Below, piece after piece: positions 19,144 through 30,016 of a stretch of DNA of 64,000 bases. The notes below the pieces were generated by a model. That model was not told the DNA's origin, made no database searches, and was given only the letters and a program-made list of their open reading frames with translations. This DNA is from Eledone cirrhosa (Eukaryota). The position numbers and the translations under genes are program-made. Where the stretch lies: assembly GCA_964016885.1 (NCBI GenBank), contig OZ024743.1, positions 300,514,001-300,578,000 on the forward strand. Reading direction: 5' to 3'. Numbering within the stretch: the stretch's first letter is position 1; every line of letters starts with the position of its first letter.

Positions 19144-19618
19144 AAATTAGTATCCTAGACACTTCTAAGTATATGAAGTAACTGAAGAGTGTGCTATATA
19201 TAATAGCGCACATGGTATCTTATCGTGTCTCACAAACTTACTCCACTAAAAATAGCAGCCAGGTTTATTCGACATTTGAAATTGCTCAACAAATCAACGG
19301 AGCCGAATATATCAAAGGTATATATTGAGTTAGGAACTCAAAATAGTCTTTTATATTCAATTATAATATACGGCTCGGAAATATCTCTTTCTTAGAGGTA
19401 TTTTGTTCTAAGAGACTATTTTCAGTTCCTAACACCATATATACCTTTGATATATTCGGCTCCGTTAATTTGTTGAGCTATTTCAAATGTCGAATAAACG
19501 TGGCTGCTACTTTTAGTGGTGTAAGTTTGTGAGACACGCTAAGATACCATGTGCGCTATTATATATAGCACACTCTTCAGTTACTTAATATACTTAGAAG
19601 TGTCTAGGATACTAATTC

Positions 19619-19696
19619 ATCACCCACTGATGGGCTTGAATTGGTAATTCTATTCACAATTAACATTGCGAAAGAACACCAAGTTGTCTGGGTGAT
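19619..19696 (+). ncRNA. Mutated copy of the 19067 hammerhead (inverted arm)
   Basis: ATCACCCA-CTGATGG-GC..GC-GAAAGAAC accaa GTT-GTC|TGGGTGAT. A9>G and helix III C>G changes. Confidence 0.7.
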
Positions 19697-20177
19697 TGGT
19701 AGCTCTCACAATTCCGGTTTGTATTTATTTTCTTGATTTTTTTCTTAAATTGAGACAAACAAACCCAATTGTCTATAGTTAGTATTCTTTTCACCATAGC
19801 GAATCTGGTCCCTTACGATTTGAACACATATATGTATATGTCTGTGTACGGTTTTCTTTTATATTCTATTATAATTATATATATATATGTAAAAGGTAAA
19901 CAGATATAACAACATAATCCGTACAGTATATGTAAGGGATATATTAGGTTAACGCTTCATATAGCAGGAAGAGTCTCTTAACGTTTCGGACTCTAGTCTT
20001 TCAGCAGAAGAAGAATGAGAAATAAGATAGAGGGGACGAGCGGGATAGAATTGGAAAATTGCTATATCAAGCGTGAACCTATTACATCCCTACCATATAC
20101 TGTAACGATTGTGTTGTTATTTCTGTTTACCTTTTACATACATACACACACACACACACACACATACACACACACAA

Positions 20178-20287
<110 letters not shown>

Positions 20288-20699
20288 ATATGCATACATA
20301 CATATCAGTTGCAGCGCGAAAATAAATAACAACAATACGAACAACAATAATAATTTTTAACGAAAGTAGTAACATAAACAATAACTTTGACTATAGAAAT
20401 ATCAGCTATAATAATAATAGTCATAACAATAATAATAGCAGGAGAGAAGAAAATAATAATAATAATAATAATAATGGAAATAGCATGTGCAGCAACGTTA
20501 ACGATAGGCAGCACAATAATCACAACAAAAACAAAAAGCAAAAACAAGAAAAGTATCAGTACAGGTAACAACCACAAGGGTAGAAATATCAGTCACAACA
20601 ACAACAACAATGGAGAGAACAACAACAACAATACATTTAACAGTCATAACAATAATAATAATATTAACAATAGGAACTGCAACAGCCATAATGACAATA

Positions 20700-20883
20700 A
20701 TTGTTTCTACATTTGGCACAAGGGCAGTAATTACCCAGTACATTACTGGTACTTTATTTTAGCGACCCTGTAGGGATGAAAGGCAAAGTTAACCTCGGCG
20801 GGATTTGAACTCAGATCGTAAAGGGACGTAACTAAGCTGGAAAGCATGGCGTCCGACTCTCTACCTATACTGCCAATCCACAG
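20700..20883 (-). mobile_element. tRNA-derived SINE
   Basis: Reverse complement of the SINE with B-box and GCCTTTCATCC central domain. Confidence 0.85.
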
Positions 20884-20904
20884 CCATAATGACAATAATA
20901 GTAG

Positions 20905-23783
20905 TACACACAACTATAACGGTAGATTTAATGACAACCCCTTAGAGAACCTGTTCGTCAACCCATCTGACAAAACATGCGCGATGAACAAAATGTATTC
21001 CACTAAATTACCTTTTAATAAAATAGTTTGTATATCACAACAAATAGATGTCGAAACAGAGGCACAGTTTACCATAGCTAGAAGTTATCTTAGACAGGTA
21101 GTAGACCAATATACTAAGAGACAAAAGAGACTAGAAATTCTAAAACTTGGAAGAAAACCTGTAGAAGTCCTACTTAGCCCAAAACAGCGCACGAGCGATG
21201 GTGAGGTAGTGTGTCTACCCACAGATAAATCTGGTAGGATATCAATAGAGAGCATACCGAACTATATCAAGGCTATGGAACCCCACATCATCAACACGAG
21301 CGAAACAACACAGCAAACATACGAGGAGAGAAAAGATCCTCAACGCTCACATGATGATGTGGACCGACATCTTAAAACCAATTACACGCACTGCCAACAC
21401 CTTCCAAGCGTCTAACAACGACATACCACCCTTGTATGGGCTCCGCAAAGAACATAAGGCAACCAACAACCCGACGACAGGAACACCAGCAAGACCTGTA
21501 TGCAGAGCCAATATTGCTAGCAACTACAGGATCTCCTACTTCCTCTCTATGATTGTAGGCTCCATAATTAAGATGACCCCAGATATATGTGACTGCACAG
21601 TGGACCTCCTTAGCTGAATCAATGAATACAACAACAACAAAATCTTAAGTAACTGCATAATAGTCAGTATGGATGTGGTATCACTGAAGCCATCCATTAA
21701 CATTGATTATGCTGTGGGAAAATGTGTGGAAATAATCAGTGAGAGCGAGGTGGAGTACTGCGACGGCGACACAGATGAACTGGGCCTCCTACTTAGACAT
21801 ACTTATGACACCAAATACCTAGATAACCATGACCTTAGGTGTTTCTGCCCCGGTAGATCTATAAAACATAGAGCCCCGCAATCATAACCTCAATGGTTAA
21901 AAAGACACCCATTGTAAGATGGAATGGATGGACCCCAAAACAATTATTAGATGAGAAAAATGGTCGCACATGCAATAGAGACTAGTATTAAAACTAAAGG
22001 CCATATGTTTAAATCTAATGAAAAGATCTCCACCCAGAATGAAGGAACAGCCATTGGCGTCAGCATAGCTGGCGATGTGGCCAATCTATATATGGTATGA
22101 TGGGAGAGGAGACCCAGAGAACTCCTTGAAGAGAACTCCATAGAAATCGTCATGTACTCTCGTTACGTAGACGATATTTATGTAGTAATAAAGACACCCC
22201 CACAAGAGAGTACTAATAAACACGAATTAGAAAATAGCAAATGGAGAGCATCCAGCAGATAGCTAACTCCATACACCAGAGTATGACTGTAACTATTGAC
22301 TACCCTTCCAAACACACTAACAATAGACACGGAACTCTGGATAAACACTATAGACGAGAGGGCGCAAATTCTCAACTCACACTATGCTAAACCCATGGCC
22401 TTCAAATACTCAAAAACTCAGCAATCTCCAATAGTACTAATTTTAATATTCTGATCGCAGACATGGTAAGAGTGATGAAGAATGTGTTCCGCATGTGCGA
22501 CCCAACTGAAGTGGAAAGACACATCCAACACTTGATCAATCGCACGCAGTTCTCTGGTTACAACTAAGGAGACATAATCGGAGTATACAAAGGAGCCACG
22601 GAGAAATATAAGAGCTTTAGAGAACTGGACATGAAACGATTTTGCCCATTATTCAGGAGCAAATCATGGAAGAGCTTAGATAGGACTAGACATAAGATAG
22701 GGAAAGTCACTTCATGGTACGACAACCAGAGATACCAGAGTGTCATATTCGTGGAAGCTACCACTGGACAGAAAGTAGCTAAGTAATGTAGAAACGCCCT
22801 ATGTAAGACCCATGGAAAGATTATAGTGGTAGAAAAGCCATGAACTACGATAACATCCCTGATCAGCAAGACATACCTCTTTAAGAAAACCCACTGTACA
22901 AATAATAAATGTGTTATTTGTAAAGTGAACCCCCAGATAAACTGTAAAACTAGAAATGTAGTCTATAGCATAAGATGTAGAGAGGGTATTTGTAGAAAAA
23001 TTACGACATACATAGATGAGAGAACTCGAAGCATAGGGGTAAAAATAGACCAACACTGGGCTGAAATAAAAGGACAACAAAAAAAAACCGTTCAGTACTA
23101 TATGTACACCCCATACAAAGATATGACGGTAAAATAGACAGCATAGAAATTAAAATAATATCCAAGCATAGAAAAGACTCTACAGGTAGGCAAATCAGAG
23201 AAGCAACTGAGATAGAACTAAGAAGACCGAAGTTGAAGAGAAAGAACGAATGGAATAACAACAACAACCATACCCAAACAAATAATACTGACTTAAGGGA
23301 AATATAAATAAATATATACAGAAGTTCAATAACAACAAAGACATATAAACACACACTAGTGAACAAAGATAGAATATAAAAAACAAAAACACATACACTC
23401 AAACGCGAACACACACACACCGAACACTATACACACACACACCGAGCACTATACACACACGCATGCGCAGAGACAGAAACAAGAATAAATAAATAAATAG
23501 AAAAAATGGCGTACGCTTTACATTGCAGTACAATGGGAGGAAACATAAATGTACGACTGATGATGTTGCAGATGTGCGACGAAAGAACTTTGATAGACTA
23601 TATATATAGATATATATATATATCTGTATTTTTAACCACTGGTCAATCAGTGATGAATATTGACTGCCAAATAAATTAACCATGGAGATATAAAAGATAC
23701 AGAAGCGAAAACCAACCAAACAGTGCGTGTTTTCTCTTATTGTTATAACAAAATTATAACACTATGACCCTCCCCAAGTATAA

Positions 23784-23790
<7 letters not shown>
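20905..23790 (+). mobile_element. Decayed PLE, Poseidon/Neptune-like (YVDD RT, C-terminal GIY-YIG, pLTR)
   Basis: PTDKSGR..IPPLYGLRKEHK..PARPVC..MDVVSLKPSI..QNEGTAIG..YSRYVDDI; EN: CTNNKCVIC..NCKTRNVVYSIRC..YIDERTRS..REATEI. pLTR ~23490-23790 is homologous to 120-416. Confidence 0.85.
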
Positions 23791-23848
<58 letters not shown>

Positions 23849-24244
23849 CCATTTCCTGTCAGCATGACTTGGCAAGCTATTTAGAACACTGGTTTAACCG
23901 CTTTACTTCCCTCCGAAGCGAAGAAGAGATATTATCTCGAAAATTAAGGACATTTAAATAAATTAAATGTAAAATACTAATTGTCAACAATTAGAAATAC
24001 AAACGTTTATACCTCATTACACATGCTTCCAGTGAACTATAACTTCCTCCATATATATATATATATATATATATAATCTATTACTCTATTATTAGTTCCA
24101 ACCGAGGATCTGAGTTTATGAAGTGGCACTGATATTGATGCAAACGTTTGTTGATGGTACTTTTATTTGTGCTTCGTCAGGTGTTGTGGGTTCATCCAGG
24201 ATCTCGGTCAAAAAATATCGATATAAGTTCATACGATTATACAT

Positions 24245-24306
<62 letters not shown>

Positions 24307-24316
24307 ACACACACAC

Positions 24317-24348
<32 letters not shown>

Positions 24349-24589
24349 TTATATATGTATGTGTGTGTGTGTGTGTGTTGTAATAATCAATGTTCTACTA
24401 TCGTCTGCTTGAAAACAAACATGTTTACCTTCAGACATTTTTACCAATATGCTGTTCATGAATATTTCATCTGGAAATGTTTATATTCAAATATATTTTT
24501 GAATTATCGACTTAATGTTAAAAATTATTCAGACATAATGGAGGATTTAGGAAATTTACTTTGATCTAAATTAAGTGAAAAACTAAACT

Positions 24590-24780
24590 ATTATATATCA
24601 GCAGCATTATAGCCATTAGCTTTATCTCGCCACCCTCATTATCATCAACATTACCACCATCACTACAACTCTCATTGTCACTAACATCAGCATCTTCATC
24701 ATCAGCATCATTAACATCGTCCTCCTCATCATCATTGCCACTATTGTCATTAACATCATGATCATCACATCCACCACCAC

Positions 24781-24816
<36 letters not shown>

Positions 24817-24822
24817 AATCAC

Positions 24823-24892
<70 letters not shown>

Positions 24893-24902
24893 GTCATCAA
24901 CA
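24590..24902. repeat. (CAT)n/(ATC)n microsatellite with degenerate flanks
   Basis: Long CATCATCAT run 24780-24895; accounts for the poly-D, poly-M and poly-I ORFs. Confidence 0.95.
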
Positions 24903-25310
24903 CGTTCATTAAATTTAGCATTAGTAATAGTGGCATTGGGAAAATTATTGTCATATTTTGTTCTCGTAATCATTAATATCATTGTTAGTATTATTATTAA
25001 TTCGTATTTCTTCGTTGCTTTTACTGCGTTATGTAGTAATTGGTATGTTTTATCAAATGCTCTTGATCCTATTAAATAATTATCTACGCCACGTTGAAAG
25101 AAAATATAGGAAGTTAGCAACATTTATACAGACGAGATAAGCAACTCGAATGTGTTCATTCTATACACATGCGCTTAAATATAATTAAGTCATGAACACA
25201 TCGTAACGTTTTATACAAGCCAATATACCTGTAGGAGAAGCACACACATATATTTATGTTTGTATATGATATATACTGTATATACTGTATATATATATAT
25301 ATATATATAT

Positions 25311-26513
25311 ATATGAATAAAGTTAGTCCTTCATCAGTGATCTTCCAACCATCATTGGTATTTCCTCGCTTTAAAGAACATATACCTCCGGTTGGTGCGA
25401 GCAACAGCTAAAAAAAGTCGTTGGGACACGTAAATAAAGGGGACACGGGTGTAAACAAACAAAAATGGTGAAGCAACGAAAAGTTTTGAAGAAGGAGTCA
25501 AGTCCCAAATGTCTTAATTTAAATTCGGTGAAATCGTGAAAGAGAGAGAATAAAGACAATCAAACCTGGTTGGAATGTAAGCAAGGAAGGAATTCCGTAC
25601 AGGTCTAACGGGAGGAAGAAGGGATCTAGTCTGTAATTTCGGTGAACGTAAGTTCTGTGAAATCGTAGACGAGAGAGAGAAAAAAAGCGACCTGCCAGAC
25701 CAAGGGTGCGAAAGAAGAGAATTACGCACAGGTCAAACGGGAAGAAGGAGGAGGAGGAGAGGTAGTAACAGAGAATGAGTGAGTGAAGGGTGAGGAAGAG
25801 GCTAACAGAGAGATTGACTGCTAGAGAGGGTAAATATACAGAGAAAGAGAAAGCAGTAAGAAGGAAATAGACGTGTAACAGCGGGGAAAAAAATATGTGT
25901 AAATATGAGAAAAACGTGCTGCGGGGTTGCTAATGGGTTACATATGAATAAAGTTAGTCCTTCATCAGTGATCTTCCAAACATCATTGGTATTTCATCGC
26001 TTTAAAGACCATATACCTCCGGTTGGTGCTAGCAACGGCTAAAAAAGGTCGTTGGGACACGTAAATAAAGGGGACTCGAGTGTAAACAAACAAAAATGGT
26101 GAAGCAACGAAAAGTGAGGAAGAAGGAGTCAAGTCCCAAATTTCTATGAATTTAAATTCGGTGAAATCGTGAACGAGAGAGAATAAAGACCATCAAACCT
26201 GTTTGGAATGTAAGCAAGGAAGGAATTCCGTACAGGTCTAACGGGAGGAAGAAGGGATCTAGTCTGTGATTTCGGTGAACGTAAGTTCTGTGAAATCGTA
26301 GACGAGAGAGAGAAAAAAGCGACCTGCCAGACCAAGGGTGCGAAAGAAAAGAATTACGCACAGGTCAAACGGGTAGAAGGAGGAGGAGTGAGTGAAGGGT
26401 GAGGAAGAGGCTAACAGAGAGAGTGACTGCTAGAGAGGGTAAAGATACAGAGAAAGAGGAAGCAGTAAGAACGAAAAAACGTGTAACAGCGGGGAAAAGA
26501 ATATGTGTAAATA
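25311..26513. repeat. Direct tandem repeat, 631-bp unit x ~1.9, non-coding
   Basis: ATATGAATAAAGTTAGTCCTTCATCAGTG at 25311 and 25942; duplicated ORFs 25514/26144; (TA)n flanks. Confidence 0.9.
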
Positions 26514-26524
26514 TATATATATAT

Positions 26525-27135
26525 ATTAAATTAAATCAAAGCACGCTTACACGCCAAACAGTTTTTATTTGCTGACAATGTTTCATCCATACCGTTGGAC
26601 AGGAACCATCAGGGCTTAATAAACAAAAATAGGGTGCTCTACCAAGCTTAGTCACACAACCAATTGGAATACAATAGGGAGATGGGAGATGGCAAATAAG
26701 GAGAGAGTCTTTTTATGGGCTTAACACTTTTTCTTTATACCTTTTTTTCTTTTATGATTTTTTAATCTTTTTTATTTATTTTTTATCTCTTTATATTATT
26801 TTCCTTTTACATTTTTATTATATCTTTTAACCATTGTTTATACTTTTTGCTTCTGTGTGTCATCACTTGCATTTGCATATTGTGAACAAATCTGCCTGTA
26901 CCTTAGCATTTAGCTGTGGTGCTTAATAACAACCTTAACATGCACTCTCTCCTTATTCGCCATCTCCAATCTCCCTATTCTTACCCTCTATTTTAATCCA
27001 ATTTTGGTGTGACAAAGCTTGGTAGAGCTATATTTTTTGTTTATTAAGCTCTGATGATTCCTACCCAACGGTATGGATGAAACATTTTCAGCAAATAAAA
27101 ACTGTTTGAGTATGTAAGCGTTCTTTGATTTCATA
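26525..27135. mobile_element. PLE-type terminus as an inverted pair (minus ~26530-26710, plus ~26845-27135), each with a hammerhead
   Basis: Minus 26571-26615: GCC-CTGATGG..GAAAC-ATT-GTC|AGC. Plus 27048-27092: GCT-CTGATGA..GAAAC-ATT-TTC|AGC. The two copies carry complementary defects. Confidence 0.75.
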
Positions 27136-27227
27136 TAACGTCTCTGTTCTCGTACATTGAGCTTCAACAATACTGTCAAAATACGACGCGGTACATGTGT
27201 GTTTACGCTCCGTGCTCTACGTAAATA

Positions 27228-27329
<102 letters not shown>

Positions 27330-27662
27330 TATAGAGAGAGAGAGAATATCTAAAAATATGGACGAAACCATGGTAGAGATGTAATTCCGGTATGTACACG
27401 TTTCTTCTAAGTTTAAATTTACACCTAATTGTGTATGGTTGACGGTATATTTAGTCAGTTTCTACATGCTGTTGAAATGTTGGGTAAATACTCTATTGAG
27501 GTCAACGCGAAGAGGCCGCTTTCGCTTATTTATCAAATATTTCTTCATAGGAGCCTTTATTCTTATAGCCTGGTCTAATTGATTTTTTATATGGTTAATT
27601 ATGCTAATTGAGAGAGCAAATGGTATATATGTTATCTAATAATTCTAAGAACATGATGTATG

Positions 27663-27693
<31 letters not shown>

Positions 27694-28203
27694 CATACAT
27701 ATATGTATATGGAAATAGATGCTCAGAGGTTTGATGCATTGTTATTTATATTATTAATGTTATAGAACAGATAAGTACGAGGTAAGACGCGTGAGGTAGG
27801 ATCCCAGATGACCGTGTCTTGCTCATACATAATTCTTTCAAGTTTGGTTACTAGGGCTGGAAACCTTTATTAACTCCAACGAAATTTACAATGTGAATTG
27901 GGTGATTTTTAGTGAAACCAACACGGCCACTCAGCAGGTCCGACTGGATGCTTTTCGACGTGTTATAATCACGACAGGTGGGCTGTCTGCCTGTTGTTGT
28001 GTAACCAACCCTGAACCGACAGGGGCTGGATTAGACACCTTCCATCGTGACACCAACACGACTTCTTGACAGAGTGGACCGTGAGTCTCCTGACCACCTT
28101 GCTGGAAGGGCTACATAATCCTTTACCATGTCACATTACAGGAATGATTCGGGGCTCTTTTGTCCTGTCACCAGCATACTTGACTAGGGACTTTGTTTTG
28201 GTA

Positions 28204-28293
<90 letters not shown>

Positions 28294-28367
28294 GGAGAGA
28301 GAGATTTACACAGATAGACGATACAGTAGGATGTATTTCTAGCATATACATATATAATATATATATA

Positions 28368-28460
<93 letters not shown>

Positions 28461-28463
<3 letters not shown>

Positions 28464-28699
28464 TATCCTGTACTGTTTCACTACTGTTCTGGTGACTAAG
28501 CTTGGTAGGGCTTATATTCAGCACTATATTTTTGTTTATAACGCTCTGATGATTCCTTCCCCACGGTATGGATGAAACATCGTTTCATCCATACCGTGGG
28601 GAAAGAATCATCAGAGCGTTATAAACAAACATATAGTGCTGAATATAAGCCCTACCAAGCTTAGTCACCAGAACAGTAGTGAAACAGTACAGGATAGCA
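28461..28699. repeat. Near-perfect fold-back: 118-bp arms, 3-nt loop (ATC), built from an HHR-containing terminus
   Basis: 28461-28578 is the reverse complement of 28582-28699 with 2 mismatches; CTGATGA at 28546, GAAAC at 28574. The right arm continues to ~28850, homologous to 26845-26990. Confidence 0.95.
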
Positions 28700-28948
28700 A
28701 GAGTGAGATTGGATATGAGAAGGAAGGAGAGAATGCGTACTGGATTCATTAGTCAACATTATAGAAAAACATGATAATACAAGAACACAGGCAGATTTTC
28801 CCACAAGAGACTGAGGCATGTGAAGGCACACAAAAGCAACAAAGGAGGGTATGCATTGGTTACTGTAGAAGACAGGTGATTTAGTTTCATATGCCGTAGA
28901 ATCATAGAAATACTATGAGATCTATAAGGTACCTTCAGAAGGTCTCAG

Positions 28949-29013
<65 letters not shown>

Positions 29014-29639
29014 GGGTGGGTGTGCTTGTTTAACAATAATTAAATAAGTCCTTCTTGTATTTGCATTGCAAGCAGGGGCGACATTTCAATACAGACACGG
29101 TAAAGGAATCAGAAGTTAAAAGATGGGAGAACATTGGAGTTACGACGGAATCCGACTTCATTTCATACGACGACATTTTAATAAAAAGTCCCTCTCCATG
29201 CCTGCTATCAAGAACCTACATGTTCTTCATAGACGTATAGCATCGTAGTGTTTATAGATAATACATTGTTGATCTCCTAAACCCGGTCACAACAGATTCT
29301 AATGTGCACACGGTGCAACTAAGATCGATGACTAACCTCGCGGAGTCTGACGCCACAGGAGCAATTAATGAGTTCAAATGGGGCTAGGTCTCTTATGCGG
29401 ACGTTATTTAGCCAACGATTCTAAAAGCCTTAATTAGAGAAACTTTTCTCGGGCTAACTCATATCTGCCGGGTTTTATGTATCTCTAGTAAGGTTCCTAT
29501 GCAATGAAAATCGGGAGTGATAATCCCAATTATCTAAAGAAGAGAAAAGAGAGATTGCATTAATTATAGAAGTTTGTCGTTGTTAACCATCCCCACTAAG
29601 ATCTATACTAAGCGTGTGGGAAAGATATGTAGGAATTTG

Positions 29640-29830
29640 TCAAGACCAAGCTAACTGACGAACTGTGTGGTTTTCGCCCCTCACACAACACAGCCGATCA
29701 AATATTCCCCAAGCGGGTGTCTTCAAGAAATCATGGAGTATTGCTAAGAGTTTTAGGGTGTTTCATAGACATCAAAAGGTTTATGAGTTCTTCGGGATCT
29801 GTTCCAGAAGATTCTGCAGGAATACGTGAT
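29640..29830 (+). mobile_element. Old RTE-like LINE RT fragment
   Basis: KLTDELCGFRPSHNTADQIF..KKSW..CFIDIK resembles the RT Q.GFR..ST.DQIF..FID..KAYD motifs. Confidence 0.55.
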
Positions 29831-30016
29831 CGAATAAATGAAAAGTAAGAATTGCATGAGCTTCTGTAGTCATACGCTAGATGCAGAATTAGGTCATCAG
29901 AAGAATAGACTTAGGTGTAAAGTCCAACTCGGCGTTCGTGATATAATTTCCCTATGATCATGAATGTTTGCTAATGACGAAACTAAAACTATTGCGAATA
30001 CGAGCGACTAGTAGAC

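Larger units (their letters stand above)
18805..19876. mobile_element. Non-coding HHR-bearing element: 506-bp unit (>1 copy) followed by an inverted, differently permuted copy
   Basis: ATCAAAGGTATATATTGAGTTAGGAACT at 18805 and 19311. From ~19350 the sequence is the reverse complement, passes the same junction and ends at ~19876. (TA)n on both sides; no ORF >=60 aa. Confidence 0.85.

Noticed and set aside
19182-19215. CTGAAGA followed by hairpin GTGTGCTAT..ATAGCGCAC, suggesting an opposite-polarity hammerhead in the 506-bp unit
   Set aside because: No GAAA after the hairpin in either copy and no helix I/III, so an ambisense (viroid-like) ribozyme pair is unsupported.
24566-25123. 185-aa poly-Asp ORF on minus
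   Set aside because: Open only because of the (CAT)n microsatellite; the other frames give poly-Met and poly-Ile.
29050-29440. Possible CR1/L2 RT C-terminal remnant (ENIGVTTESDF)
   Set aside because: Too degenerate to call from sequence alone.
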